Of a DNA stretch of 64,000 bases, positions 25,691 to 39,908 are shown in pieces. Within the stretch, counting starts at the first letter, position 1, and each line of letters starts with the position of its first letter. The position numbers were made by a program, and so were the translations under genes. The stretch spans positions 1,054,001 to 1,118,000 of the forward strand of contig CDPCPM010000247.1 in assembly GCA_976551045.1 (NCBI GenBank). The letters are read 5' to 3'. The notes beneath the pieces were generated by a model that was not told where the DNA came from, searched no databases, and saw nothing but the letters and a program-made list of their open reading frames with translations. The stretch comes from Glaucostegus cemiculus. Taxonomy: Eukaryota.

Positions 25691-27334
25691 GTTTATGTAA
25701 TCATTCCTCATAATTTAGACCCTGGTATAATTTCCGTGAATTTGTGCTATATCACTCTATGTCTGGTGATTTGTTCAGGAGTATCCTGATCACTTGTGAC
25801 ATCTCCTCCACCCCAAGCTGGGTTGTATTGCCTAAAATAGATTTCATTTACGTTACTGTGTTTATTTGTAATTGACTGTGGTGAATTGGCTGTTTGTCAT
25901 TCAGTGAGTGAATCACAGCTGTTGTCTATAAAGTTATTTTTCCAATTTTTGCGGAATGTGGCTGAAATGAAAACAGTTCATTTTAAAAAAATATGAAATA
26001 CTGTTTTATGGCAAGAGATAATAACATTGAGTTGCTAGTCAATCCATCTAAACCTTACTAGGACTATTTATGAAAAATCGTATGTGATTTCAGGCTGTGT
26101 ACTGTAGAAAAATATGGAAATGGAGAGGATACAGTGCAAATTCACTTCAATCCTGTCTGAAGTGAGGATGTACGAATATGACAAAAATAATTGAAAGAAC
26201 TGTGTCTGGTTTTGCTACAACAAAATATGGTAAAAGTGTTTAAAGCTGCAGAGAGGTGGGAGAGAGCAGACAGAAACAAATTTATGATGGTATGGAAACA
26301 TTTGTACAAGATGAAGTGCAAGAGATTAAGAAAACAATTTTATAAAAGTCCAGAAAGTTCCTGGACCAGGCAGGGATTGCACTGCCTTGGAGAGGAAAGG
26401 AGGTAAATGATGAAAACAGATGTGGACGCAGGTGGGATTTAGGATTATTGTTCAGGTGAGGAACAAAAATCAACACAGACTACTGTAGTTAAGTTGAATT
26501 GTCTATTTTCAAGTAGTGATGTCCGTTAAGAGTCCACACATTCAACTATGGTTACAGTGAGTAAAGTGGAGGAGCAAAATATACTGATGCACATTTTATG
26601 CATTTTTATATTTTCATTACTTTCTTCATACCCATGAGCTGTCAATATAGGCTATGCTGAGACACCTTGTGGAAGCAGATCAATTATCACATTAGTAGTC
26701 TAATCTGGCCTCACTCACTTCCCAGTTTACAGAGATACAGCAAGAGGTTGTTTCAGCTCTCAAACAGTGGCAGCCCATGATCAAGTCACAGATTCTGTTT
26801 ATCAATTAATTTGCATAAAGAAAGGGATCAGGCCTTGCTCAATGGTACAATGCATTTTATCAGCAGGTGGCTGAGTCACACATGCAAGATCCATTCATCA
26901 CTTCACTCACAGAGCTACAGCTAGGATAGAGTTTGGGGTGCGGAAAATTACCAGGGATTCAGGTCCTGAACATTATCCTGCCATTTTTCCACCCTGAGAT
27001 CATAATGTTCCTTCCTATATCCCAAAAAGTCCAACTCAAGCACTACCTGTACCTGCTGATGTACCTTCATCTAACTTTTCATCTTTGTGTACAAATACCT
27101 CCATTGCTTAATCCTCTTGCTATTTCAGTAATCTCCTTGAGCTCTACTAACCTCAAAGATTATTACAGTCCTCAAATAATGATGTCCTGTGCATTACCAA
27201 TTTTATTCATCATTGACGGCTGGAATTCCTATTGCCCAGACTTGAAGCTCCAAAATTCTTTATCTGAACCTCTGTGCACTGCACTCCACAGCACTTTCCT
27301 CCCACTTTACGTAACATTTAACAAAGTTCTATGG

Positions 27335-27890
27335 CTGCACTGTTGAAAGTTTCTTGACTGGTTACATCATGGTCTGGTACGGCAATTCAAATGCGCAGGA
27401 ACATAAGAAGCTGCAGGAAGTAATGGATTCTGCCCAATGCATCACGGGCACCTCCCTCCCCACCACTGATAGTATCTACAGGAGGCACTGCCTCAAGAAG
27501 GCAGAGGCAACATCCATCATTAAAGATCCCCACCATCTGGGGTATGCTGTTTTTTTCGCAGTTACCTTCAGGCAGGAGGTACAGAGGCCTGAAGTCCCAC
27601 ACCACCAGGTTCAAGAAAAGCTACTTCCCTTCAACCTTTCAGTTCTTGAACCAAAACCCTAATCAGTACAGTTTAGCAACACTATGACCACTTTGCACTA
27701 AAATGGACTTTTTTTTTGTTCTAATTGTGTTCTTTCTTGTAAAGATTATATAAAAGTTATGTTTAATTTATGTTTTCTCTTGTGAATGCTGCTTATATGA
27801 TGTAATGTGCTTGTGATGCTGCTGTAAGTTTTTCATTGCAAGTACATTTCATACATGTACTTGTGTAAATGACAATAAACTCAACTTTGA
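27335..27890 (+). mobile_element. Rex1/Babar-like LINE 3' fragment
   Basis: ORF 27354..27662 (VWYGN...KLQEVMDSAQCITGTSLPTTDSIY..CLKKA..IIKDPHH) resembles the Rex1/Babar ORF C-terminus. 3' tail ...gacaataaactcaactttga. Confidence 0.75.
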
Positions 27891-28769
27891 CATCTAACTC
27901 TTCATCAAAGCTATTCTAAAACAGTCCTGTTGGCATTGGGTTGGCATCATAGTTTGTCAGATAATGTTCACATGAACATCCTTGAGGCATTTTATCACTT
28001 TACAGTCCTCCCCAGGTTATGACAGGGTTCTGTTCCGCAAGTCGAAAATGCAGCCATGAACCGAGTTCCCACATGACAAGATGCCTAGAGCACTGCAGCA
28101 GCTAGCAAATCCATCCCACCAGTCTCCCAAAAGCTCATTTGTACGTAAGGACTGGATACAAATTGAGCATCGTAAACTGGGGAGGACCTGTAATATGTCA
28201 TACAAGTTATAGTTGTTTGTGTTGCAAGTATCACCAAAGAATACATGTTCTATTGGTTGATAATTTATTATAATTAAGTAACTGTTGATAAACTCTTCAA
28301 ACTTCTAAGTTAAACATAGCTACTTTGCAGCAGTATACCACCCAATTTTCCAACGGCAGGTAACCCACACTTTGAGCTCTAGATTGTTGTCGCTATTGAT
28401 TTGGACCCTTGGCAGTGCCTGTATTAGTCATGTTAGGCATTTTGTTCACATTATTTATGTGTGAACCCATAGAATTGTGGTTTAAAATAGATGTGATACT
28501 TTGCTGCCTGACATCCAAGCATCGGTAGGGCAGAAACAACCCTCTTTGGCCCTCAGTAGAAGTTACAAGTTATTGTCAGATTCCATTCCCCTCTTCATTG
28601 CTCACTGTACGGAAACTTAAAATGCAATGGCCAGAATTCTCTCTGGCAACAGCTTCAAATCCATAATACTTCTGACACTATTTCCATTTCTGTGACACCA
28701 CCAATCAGTTTCAGTATTCTGTTTTTCTCTGTCCTTATTTATCTCCTTCTGTTTACATTTCACTAAGCT

Positions 28770-28995
28770 AACTCACCCAGACTACTATCATTTGCATCAG
28801 TCTCTCTTGGTTTCCACCCAATCATAGACATTGCTTTGTTCTCTCCACCCCACCCTCTTCTCTGTAACTTAAATGATGCTTGATTTCTAATTTCTCCTAG
28901 TTCTGATGAAAGGGTACCGGCCTGAAATATTCGCTGTTTGCCTCTCCATGGATGCTGCCTGATCCACTGAGTATTTGCAGCATTTTCTGTTGTTA
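28770..28995 (+). mobile_element. Penelope-derived terminal repeat with a degenerate hammerhead motif (28898-28936)
   Basis: agtt-CTGATGA-AAGGGTACCGGCCT-GAAAT followed by gatgctgcctga...gagtatttgcagcattttctg, like the 16736-16834 repeat. Confidence 0.65.
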
Positions 28996-29199
28996 TTACT
29001 GTTAATTTAAATGGATAGTTTGACTACTTATAAAAGTTTTTGTTTTTACGGCAATTCGGTGGACTTAGGTTCTAATCAAAACTGATTGAAGATGATAGTT
29101 TACATCGAAGCATTAAGTTGTAATTTTTCCAACCAATATACATCTCAAACATATGTTTTAATCTTTTTTAAAAACAGAATTAAATGCCTCTATCCAGAG

Positions 29200-29720
29200 A
29201 GCATCAGACAGACCCCATGAGTGAGTTTTGAGAGGATTGCAGGTTTCTTTAAGGTGCAAGGTGCCACCAAATGCATGACCATTTACTTGTGGGCATCACA
29301 TGTCAATTTGAAGCGAAACAGCAAAGAGAAGAGATTCCACCTCTCAACGTCCAGCTGGTGCCTTGCCATACACAGCACATCTTTCAGACTGTTACTCAAA
29401 TGCAGATGATACAGCCTGCTGTACTATCTGCATTTGAGCCACCATAACAATCCAAACAGTGGTTACTGGGCAAACTATTGAAGCATGGCTTTTGACTCCA
29501 ATGTTGAGTTCATCCACAGGAGGGCAAAGTGTATACTGTAAGTGAGATTCTGTGCTGCCACATGGCACTGCGTAAAGGAGAGGATGAGTATCATCAGTGG
29601 TGGGCAGAAAGAGATGCCAAAGTACATAAAGGGGGTAACACATCAGGACGGGGTGGTACTTTGTATACCTTTCCACTGTCCAGGTCACTGATCCAGTTTT
29701 GACATTACACCCACAAGCAT
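29200..29720 (+). mobile_element. Decayed PIF/Harbinger transposase remnant
   Basis: 'FERIAGFFKVQGATKC' (cf. GFPxVxGAIDC), 'RFH.LNVQLV', 'WLLG' and 'WLLTP' appear in HARBI1-like order, with many frameshifts. Confidence 0.65.
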
Positions 29721-30196
29721 GCCACCTCCTGCCAAACTTCTACCTCCCAACATCTGTGGAGTGAGAAACATAGCCAGTGTTTCAGGTTATTGAATGTTTC
29801 CGGAATTTCTATCTATATTTGCAAATGTTTACATGTTTTGTAAAAATGTCATTGTTTGATATTGAAAGAGTATTTTATTGGAAGTATTTGTAAAATGTGC
29901 AGAAAAAAGCAATGGCAAATTAGCACACCACCACCAATCCAATGTACTGAACAGCCAGAGCAGGTCAACAAGGAGAGTGGTGACTGGACTTAATACAACA
30001 TGGCCACCTGACTACTCAATATGTTAGAGATGCATAAGATGGGGCTTGTGAGGCAGTGAAGAGAAAGTTAAGAGAAATTGAAGCTACAGTTGGTGAAGGC
30101 ATGGATGGGATCTTTGAGTGCAGTGGGGTTAAGACAGAGTGTCAGATTGGCGGTGTCACAGAAATGGAAATAGTGTCAGAGCTATTGTGGGTTTGA

Positions 30197-30360
30197 ATAA
30201 GATGAAGCAGAAGATGAAGACAAAGAAGCAGAAGACGAAGTAGCAGAAGAAGATGATGATGAAGATAAAATGAAGATGATGATGAAGAAAATGATGATGA
30301 AGAAGATGAAGTTGATGAAGATGAAGGAGGAGAAGGAGAAGTAAAAGAAGAAGAAAAAGA
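30197..30360. repeat. (GAA/GAT)n purine-rich trinucleotide low-complexity tract
   Basis: gaagatgaagcagaagatgaagac...gaagaagaaaaaga. Confidence 0.9.
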
Positions 30361-32239
30361 TCACCAGAAATAAATAGATTGGCTGCTCATTCTCCATTGT
30401 TGTTTGTAGGAGTTTGTTGTGCCTCAATTGGCTTCTATGCAAATACATTTTAAATAGTGCCTCATTACTTGATTGGCTGTAAAGTACTATGGAAGGTCAT
30501 GAGATCGTGAAAGGGGCTACAAAAATATAAGTCTTTCTTTTAACTATATAAGCACTCATAACCAGTGCTATTATGTCCAAACACCTGTAATGAATGAAGC
30601 TCCAAAATACTCTTACTATTTGTTCGTAATCCAGTCAATCTAAAATTCCTCGCAACTTTTTTTTAATATGGATCTTTCAGCTCAACTTACATAAAGTTCC
30701 TGAAGTCCATCTGGTACCACTGCACAAAGCCCCTTCATTACACCAAGGGCACATTCTTTCACTAAGCCAGTTTTCCAGCTGGGGAACATCATTTTCCTCT
30801 TGTTATTTATGGACACATAGAAGATTGTGAAGAGTGGAATGTATTTGGATCTGTTTTCCACCAGAAGGAGTGGAAAACAGAAGAAAATCAGACAAAGAAT
30901 AATGGACACCCAAAAACAAATACAGGGCTGGAATCTACTTGAAGGGTTCACATAATTTATACATAGAACAATAGATGCCTGGAAGCCATTAGAAGGCTGG
31001 AACCTAGCTCAGATTATGTTATAAAAGGAAGAGTCTTGACCAGTTTATGGGCACTATTGAAAGAGATAATTATAGGTTAATTGCTTGTTGATTTTGTCTG
31101 GGTATTGGAAAATTGGTGCTTTCTGCAGTTGCTTCAAAGTATAAATTGCCAAAAGAGAGCATGGGCTAAAGGGCTTTTGATGAATTCAAGAGTTCTGAAC
31201 AAACCAATTGTTCCTGAACATGATGTATTAGTGTGCATTTGCATTAGAATTCAACGTGTTTGGGAGAAGGAGCAGAGGATATGCAAAACAGACCAAGCTG
31301 AAGGAAGGGAGAGCAGGTGAAGAAGGTTTGTTGGCAGGTGCCATACCTGCCTAGTCCATTCAGGGAACAATTCCTCCAAATGAAACTCATGGAGGAGCAG
31401 TGTGTTAGATGTCTGCTTTTCATTCTTTAGGAAGTCAGCCATAGCAGTAACCTTAGAGCAGGGGAAGGCCATCTTGCCAGAGGAGGACCACATTGCCAGC
31501 AGAAACAGGAGGAGGGCCAGATTAACAATTGAAATTGCTAATGGACTTCTTGGTCCTTCCAGGCAGGAGTTGGAGATTGGGCAACATTATTCAATTTGCC
31601 ATCCACTGTTGTGTAGGATGGCACTGTGGTTGGATTGATAGCATCCAGTACAGAGAAGCCCACTCAATTTGCAATCAATACACATTCACTCCTCCATCAC
31701 CAGTGCACTGTGGCTGCAATATATATCACCTGTAAAATACACTGCAGTTATTCACTAAGCTACTCTGGTAGCACTTCCCAAATCCACAACCTCTATCAAC
31801 AAGAGGGAAGGGGAACAGCTACACAGGAACATCAGCATCGGCAAGATTCAACTGTCCTGACTCAGAAATACGTCACTGTTCCTTGATTGTTGCTGAGTCT
31901 AGATCCTGGACTTCCCTGTCAACAATGCAGATTGGATTTAGAGTGACAGGAAAAGATTTAAAGATGTATTTTAAATTCTCAACAATAAATCTGAAGTAAT
32001 ATGAGTAAAATATTTGTAAAATTAGATTTTCAGTCCCAGTGAAGTATTTTGGCTGTAGTTAAGATGTTATGCCCTTATAAATTTTACATTCCTGGTGTAT
32101 CAGCCCAAACCTCTGGCCTGTTTAGTAGGTGGCAATTATCGCAACTTCACTTTCTTACTTGGATTTCAATGCTGAGTTCATTAGACAGGCGTTACCGTAG
32201 CTAAGTTTTTGGAGCAGAGCAAATTGGATGGAAGTTTCA

Positions 32240-32765
32240 GGAGTTCCACATTTGACTTCACTTGTAACGGACTCCACAAAGGCCTTACTCCATAATAACA
32301 GTGATAGTTTTTTGCATCATAATTGCTTTTTCTCTTCTTCTGTTTCCCCAGCCCTCCCCCTTTGTTGCTTCATTTCACTCCCCTGCCTGCACACTCTTGT
32401 TTCCACTTATCACCTTCTAGTCTGTCTCTACTTCCACCCTCCCTTCCCCTAATCAGGCTCCATCTACCCTTTTATATTCTTCTTTCCTTATCTGCATCTA
32501 CCTAACACCTACCCGCCACTGTCTCCTCACTCTACTCTTCCCACACCCAGCTCCATCTACCCATCATCTCCCTCTCACCTGGTTCCACCTGCCAGCCCTT
32601 GCCTCAGCCCTTCCTCTCACCTCTTTATACCGGCTATATGCCCTGTATTCTCACAGAGTCTTGACCCAAAACATTGACTATCCCTTTGGCTCCACAGATG
32701 CCACTTGACTAAGTTCCTCCAGCAGTTTTTTTTTGCTCAAGATTCCAGCATCTGCAGTCTTGTAT
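32240..32765 (+). mobile_element. Penelope-derived 3'/terminal repeat fragment
   Basis: Pyrimidine-rich segment followed by cacagatgc...gttcctccagcagttt...gattccagcatctgcagtc, shared with 41175-41328 and 1-40. Confidence 0.65.
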
Positions 32766-34772
32766 CTATACTTGACTGAAGCCCTGAAAGCAACTAACTT
32801 TCATTACCATATGGAACTGTCCCCAGGAAAGGGACCAAGAGCAGAATATGTTAAAGGAGGATTTTTAAAAACTACAATTAAAAGTAAATATTTCATAATA
32901 GAGTTGAAGAGGGCAGTTCATTTGATGCAATCTACATGAATCTTACCAATCTCAAAAACAAAGGAACATCCAGGGGAGACCAGAAAATTGGGTCAAAAAT
33001 TGGCTCACTGGGAGGAAGGAAAGGGTAATGGCCAACAGGCTGTTAGCTGTAGGATTCCACAAGGTTTAATACAAAATTTGGCCATAAGGAAGGACACAGC
33101 TTATGGTTGCTGGAGGATATAGATAGCCTTATCAGTTGGGCAAAAAAAAAGGCAGATGGAATTTAATCCAGAAATGCAACAAGGCAAAAGGAATATACAG
33201 TAGGTGAGAAGATATGGAGTGATATTTGAGGAACAAGAGACACTGCATGTCCACAAATCCTTAAAAATAGGACAGGTCAGTAAGATAGTTATAAAAAAAG
33301 CACATGGGACACTTTTTTTTATTATGCAAGACAAAACTATAAGAGTAGGAAGGTAAAGATAGAATTATGAAGATGGGGTTAGGTTGGGTACTTGTTTTCC
33401 CTCAATCCACATGCACAAATGGACCAAAGGGCTTCCTTCTATTATAAATTTTCTATCAATTCAGTAGAGGCTAATTAGCTAATTTTCTTAAGCAAAATAA
33501 GTGGAAAATGTCTTGAGAAAATTTATTTTTTTTTTTACAAAATACCTAAAATTTTATCCATGTGGATCAATTGTATATACCATAACACCTCAGGATCCCA
33601 ACTATAGAGTCTAAATCTACATTTCCATTAACCTATAATTATAAAGTTTCAGTTCCTCATATACTCTGATTTAGCATTTATCAACTCGAAGTAGGAGGCG
33701 AGAGGCCAGAATCCAATATGACAAAATTTAAATCAGACAGAGCAAGGATTGAGAAACCAATGCATATCTGGACTGAATTATGTTAATTTTGAGACCAGAT
33801 TATCAGAGAATCCACCGACAGATTGGACACCCTACTTTATTAGATTCTGCTGCATCTCCTTGTTCTTGTCCCTATACTAGATTTTACTCGCTACTTTAAA
33901 TAAAAATGAGATGAAAGGCCTCAAAAACACACTTAAACATCCTACTAAAAATAAAGGGATCAAGGCTGACAAAAGCATTGTTTTTACTCATTCTGAATAC
34001 CACCTTAAAAGGAAAATATTCAATATTCTGGTTGAATTTTGGTAATTTTATTTCATTTTGCTGCACATTGAGTTGAGGGATTTACGAAAAGTACATATTC
34101 ACAGAGGTGTAAAATTGCCTATCGTTACCATAATTAAATAGGAAGGCAAGATAATATCAAATTTTAGAAAAAACAGATACAGTTATGTAATATTTCCACT
34201 TCTCACATCAACAGACGCTTGAAATTGCCAATTTATTTCCATATTTCAAGCAGTTTTAAGGCAAGATCTACACTCCTTAGAAACGGAGTTGGAACTGACT
34301 AAACCCATGGGATAGAACACTTAACTTACAGTCCAAAATTACTATTATTCTAACAATCTGGAACAAAAACAAAAATGCCTTAAATGGACAGCTGGATGAT
34401 CATTTAAAACAGGTTGCTGATTAAGACTTGCAACACAAGAATATTGTGGACATCAGCCAATGATAACGTTTTCTCACCAATCTGAACATACACTTCATCA
34501 GATATTTAAAATGGAATCTGGGCCAAAGTTATCTGATATAGGAGATGCAGAAGTTGTGGATTAAAATTTTGTCTTGGATTCGATGAAAAAAGGTTGAGCT
34601 AAACTTCACTGCAATGTTCACAGCTATCACTTAAAGGGTAATCACTTAAAGGGTAATATTCTTACCTCCCCCAATATCCAGGTCAACTGTTTTAATCACA
34701 ATACCAATGGTAATTTTTAAAATACATAGATTGCAATCTACATAACAAAAACAAGATCACACGTGTGCAAGT

Positions 34773-35624
34773 TTAAGAGCCAACAAGCACATCAGTGCTG
34801 GTCAATTTTCCATGATCTTTCAGGAACTGCATGATATGTGGCCGTCTTCGCCAAGTTGCTTTGAGTCCATATTCATGTTCTGGCGTGTCCTGGACTAAAA
34901 CATCTGCTGATGGGGCTTCTTCAGAAAAGTCATCTTTTAGTCCAGAACACTTGTCTAAGCAGTCTAACAGTCCACCAGGGAGAGGAGTTGTATTATCTTT
35001 ATTCAACTCATTATTTCTTAATACACCACAAATATTTTTCTTTAAGATGGCTGGCAAGAGCAAGCCATCAGTTGTGGGAGTGTTAACTTGTGGCAGAGTG
35101 AACACCTCATCAGATGACTGAGAGAAGTGCTCTGAAAGTGAAATCTCTGTTTCATCCGAATCTGCACCCACTTGATTGTCGATACAATTCAATGGAGGGC
35201 AGAAACTAGAGCTTTTCACAGGTAGATTCCAAGCTGTACTTTTGCCATCCAAGTTGCTCTTTGCTGCAGACCTTAGACTATATCTCTGCTTGTCTACTGC
35301 ATCTGAATTCTGAGCTTTTCCACAGGTGTCAACTCTACATCGTCGGTAGCTGCTTCCCATGAATGAAGTTTTATTTGTTTTGAATCTAGCTTTTCCATGG
35401 GTTTGAACATTCTGACAGGTGCTAAACTGAACTTTGTGGTTTTCCTTCTGAATGGGTATCCCTCCACTGCCCAAAAAGGTCAAAGGAACAAAGTTCATGT
35501 GCAATTTCCTCACAGCCCCGGTTTTTGATGCAGAACTCTGTTTGTTGCAGATGCTACGTTTTTTCACTCTGTCAGATTTTTCTTCTAGTCTTGGTGTTGT
35601 AGTTGTATCAAACTCTGGCAGCAC
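34773..35624 (-). CDS. RHNO1: RHNO1 (RAD9-HUS1-RAD1 interacting nuclear orphan 1) last coding exon
   Basis: tgccag|GTG CTG CCA GAG TTT completes the TWVLPEF (SWVxPxF) motif. C-terminus VLVQDTPEHEYGLKATWRRRPHIMQFLKDHGKL matches RHINO. TAA at 34773-34775. Confidence 0.95.
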   Translation of the reverse strand: MLPEFDTTTTPRLEEKSDRVKKRSICNKQSSASKTGAVRKLHMNFVPLTFLGSGGIPIQKENHKVQFSTCQNVQTHGKARFKTNKTSFMGSSYRRCRVDTCGKAQNSDAVDKQRYSLRSAAKSNLDGKSTAWNLPVKSSSFCPPLNCIDNQVGADSDETEISLSEHFSQSSDEVFTLPQVNTPTTDGLLLPAILKKNICGVLRNNELNKDNTTPLPGGLLDCLDKCSGLKDDFSEEAPSADVLVQDTPEHEYGLKATWRRRPHIMQFLKDHGKLTSTDVLVGS

Positions 35625-36177
35625 CTGGCAGTGACAAGAGGAAGAAACCTAACTGAAAACAGTTCAGAATATCCAAACAGTTTCTACCTTACAATACTAT
35701 GGCACTATTTTACACGATAATCAAGAATGGACCCTAATACTCAGCTTCATCTTCAACCAAAATGAATAAATCTTGGGCTATTTAAATACATCCCACAGTG
35801 AATCTTCAAAATCAAACACTTTCCAACATGTATTTGGAGGTGGTTGAGTGGTGGGAAGGTAATCACTTAGTTGTCCACATACCAACAATACTTATTTTTG
35901 ACAGGCATAGCAATTTAGTAATATTCAGTACTTTTTCCACCAAATAGTCATGGAGCCAGCAATGAGCTGCTGCAGAGTGTATGACAACTTCAATCTGACA
36001 AAAAAAAGAGGCAAAATGTTTCTATAGTCTGTATCAATTACACTGCTCTTCGAATCTAACATTTAACATCTACATTATCATAGCATTAAGTTGCCTAGGG
36101 AATCAAATGGTGGCACAATGGGAGAAGGTTAATACATCCTTAAAATAAGAGAACAAAAAGTACAAAATATAACACAC

Positions 36178-36342
36178 CCACGTGAATGCAGACCTCTGGT
36201 CAACAGGGATACAGGAAACTTGGCGGGGGTTTACTGCAGATGGTATTGACAAAACTTGCTTGCACTTTTCTCCCTTTAGTGGACTCTCCAGGAACAGCAG
36301 GGGTGGCTTCTTGAATTGACTGGACTTCTTTTTGCGGGGCAT
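36178..36342 (-). CDS. RHNO1: RHNO1 first coding exon
   Basis: MPRKKKSSQFKKPPLLFLESPLKG...PVDQRSAFTW|gtgtgt, compared with human MPPRKKRRQPSQKAPLLF...ITSW. 165 nt, phase 0. Confidence 0.92.
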
Positions 36343-39300
36343 CAAGCACCCAACATCTTGGTCTCAATATTGAAAGGAATAACATTTTTAAAAATTTAAT
36401 TTAACAATAAACTGTTTCCCATCATAGTTTATAAGGTTAAGTTACTGAACAATATAGATAAAGATGGCACCAAATCTTTGGTCTCCACATAATCAATATA
36501 TTTTGCCTAAATGAGAGACTAAAAGATTTGGGAGGAAGAGTTTGCAGAGTGAACATAATTAGTTTAATAGAATATAATTTGTTTGCATCACCTGGAAAAA
36601 CAAATGCAAACACACACATTATTAGACATTATTGGATATTAGTCACTTTCAAGAGGGGAATAAAATTATGCTTCATGAAACCAAAAGGCAACGTTGTAAA
36701 AATTACAACTGTTTGCCAAACTGTATTTAACAACAACGTCAAGCAGATGTCAAATATCTTGCCTCTATCTATAAACCAACATAAAAGTAGTAATTTATTG
36801 TAGACACAGAAAAAGCAGTATACCATAAACAGCAACAATGTTCGTAATCAAATGGTGTTTGTTGAGGCAGGACTGTTGCCAGGACAATGAGAGAAATAAC
36901 TCTAACCCTGCTATTTTGCAAACTCTACCATGGGATTACCTAAACAGGCAAACAAAACCTTGTTTTAATATCGTATTTTGAAAGTGTCACTAATGTGATG
37001 GTTTAAATCCACCTTCTAACTCACTCAAAAGCAAACAACAATGAGTAAAGCTGACTATTAAATCATATGGTGGATAAATCTATACAATCCAATATAGTTC
37101 TGATTTGACTGATTAGCAAAAGGCAAACAAGGTACTAGGCTGTATCAGTGAAGAGACAAATAAAGCAATCAATTAATCAATCCCAATGCTAATGCTATTT
37201 CCTTTTTATTTACCTATTCGTGGGAGCAAACAGTGATTATTTTGGACAAGGAATAAGTTTATTTATTTCATTTTTACAGAATCTAAATGTCACTGGTGGG
37301 GCCAGCATTTATTACCCATCCTTAAGCATCCTTCATAATATGATGTCACTTTCTTGAACTGCTGCAGTTTTTTCAGTAAGGGCACTCCCATAGTGCTGTT
37401 GTGGAGATTGCTCCAGGGTTTAGGCCCAGTGATGGAACGGTGATATATTTCCAAGTCAAGATAGTGTTTGGGAGGTGCTGTTGGAATAATTTAGGCAAGT
37501 AACTGCAGTGCCTTTTGGTGAAGGGAATAAACGTTTAATTTTTAATGTGTCTGAATTTACGAGTAAGAAGTGGGATGTTTATAGATTAAAAATATATAGA
37601 TTTTGAGAGGATTTTAGAGAGAACTTTTCCACTAATTGAAATCTGGAATACACCACCTGAATGGGTGATGAGGCAAGTATTCCAAGAACACTTAAGTACT
37701 TGGATGAACATTTGAAGCACAATGGCACAGAGGCATACTGGCCACATGCTGCAAACTGGGGTTAGCATAGATAGGAAATTAATGGCCAGCATGGCCACAG
37801 TAAGCTGAAGAGCTTGTTTCTGTGCTGCACGACTAAATCAAATCTGGTTTAATTCCTACCCAGTCTATTCTCAAAGGAGATAAGTGTCACCCATGAGGTT
37901 ATCAAGCAGCATTTTCTCTTCAATAACATGCTCACTGATGCCCAGTTCAGATCTCACTCAGACCAGCCAGCTTCAGACCTCATCAGTCTTGGTCCCATGA
38001 TGGACCCAAAAGCTGAATTCCAGAGGTGATACAAGAACAATATCAAATGGTATTAGAAGAGATAAGTACCTGTTGGCTAGCACACATATGACAGGCCGAA
38101 GGCCCACCTCCATGCTGTTTCACTCATTTCTAAAGATCTGGAAGAAGTTATTTGAACCTGGTCATCAAAGTAAATGGCATAAACAAAAAAGTTGGGAAAA
38201 ATCATTAAAATTTGGTGCAAAGGTGTAAAAAAAAAGAAACGAAGTCCAATGGAAGGTTGACCCTCATCTCAAAAGGGGTTGGGATACAGGATGCCATGTT
38301 TCAGATGTGCAAAATCCAGATGAGGCACAAGCTGAATTATAGCTTTGTGCGTCTCAGGAAAAAAGATCAAGATCAACTTTTGGGAAAATACAGCACAAGT
38401 CACCAGAATACACAGGCTGAGATTTAAATTATGAAAATAGGCCGCATAAGTTTATTTATATTCTTTAGAGCTTTGAAAGTTGAATGGCCTACTTGATGAT
38501 TTTTCTGGATAGATAGAAAAACTGCTTCCTCTAGTGGCAGAACTGAGAATGACAGACCATAATCTAAATATTCAAGCTAAACTCATGAGGAAGCAATTCC
38601 CCCACCCCACCTTCTTCACAATAATTATCTGGAAATCTCTGCAGCCATTTGGGGAAAACGGTGCCTCAACAGAAATGTTCAAGAATGTTTATCAAGAAAT
38701 ATGGAACAGGAACAAGTAATTGTAGTTGGGATACAGTTCAATCATCATCGAATTGAATGACACACCTAGCTCAGGGAGCTGATTAGTCAATTGCTATTTT
38801 GGCGGAAACATGTGAAGAAAGCACATTGTCAGGCCTAAGAGATATTACTATTTTTTTTAAAGCAAACAGTCCAAGGAGCCATGATGGGCACTAGCAATCT
38901 TAAGCCAGAGACTTGAATGCATTAGACCTCAAATAGAAAACAAAGTTATTTAAAAAAACAGATCTATTTCTTCCCTTTCAGATCACGGGTATAAATTTAA
39001 ATATTATAACCTAACTACATCAAACCAGTTATTGTTGGGATAAAAGCACTAAATTTAGAGTTTTTATACATTAAAATAAATCTGAGGAATAATTCAGACA
39101 GTTTTGTTTGAGCGCAATGCATGCATTTCAGTGGAAGGACATTAAAAATGCCCTTTTCCAATGATAAAGTATTTCAATTCAAACAAAATCTTAAAGGAAT
39201 ATTTCAGGTAAAAGTCACACATGGTTCTTTTGTGGCCCAACAGTCATTCCGTCATTGAAACGTACATTTGTTAAAGTATGCACCTGTCTTTTAGTGTTTG

Positions 39301-39908
39301 TGCCTCTGTAATGACTGCGATGATTAGTTACTACCACGGTTTCTTTTCCCAAGTATCTTACTGCACCAATCTGTGGAGGGAATATTGAACAGTTATTATA
39401 ATATCCCAACCTTTGACTTTAGCATTGCCCCATTACAATAATTGATCTACCATCCAATTTAAAACTTTTTTCCAGCAAATCCCAAATCCACAAGTGCTGC
39501 TACCAACTAAGCTTCATCTGTGGGTTATTCCAGTTTAAGAATACAACTTTACCTCTCAAATAAGTTAAACCACTTTTTTCCTATGTATAGGGTTGGTATT
39601 CTCTGTTTGGACCACGCTACTTCAAAAAACTTCGTGTTGTGCTTTCCCAGCTCCTTCAAACTATATGAGAATGCTATAGGTATGTTACATTTTCTATTTA
39701 TTATTTATTAATAAAAGGTTTGGATTATATCATGTAGAACACATTTTAGTTTGTTCCACAGGCATATACAATACGGAATTATTTCGATTGAATGAATTCC
39801 TCTCCTTAAATAATTCATGCTCTATGTCTGATAGATTACATTGGCCTACACATAAGCCTGTCAACTCGCTGTTATTCTTAATCAGTGGTCGCGACATTTC
39901 TGACTCAC

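Noticed and set aside
30182-30448. Phe/Ile/Ser-rich ORF resembling a membrane protein
   Set aside because: Translation of the reverse strand of the GAA/GAT tract.
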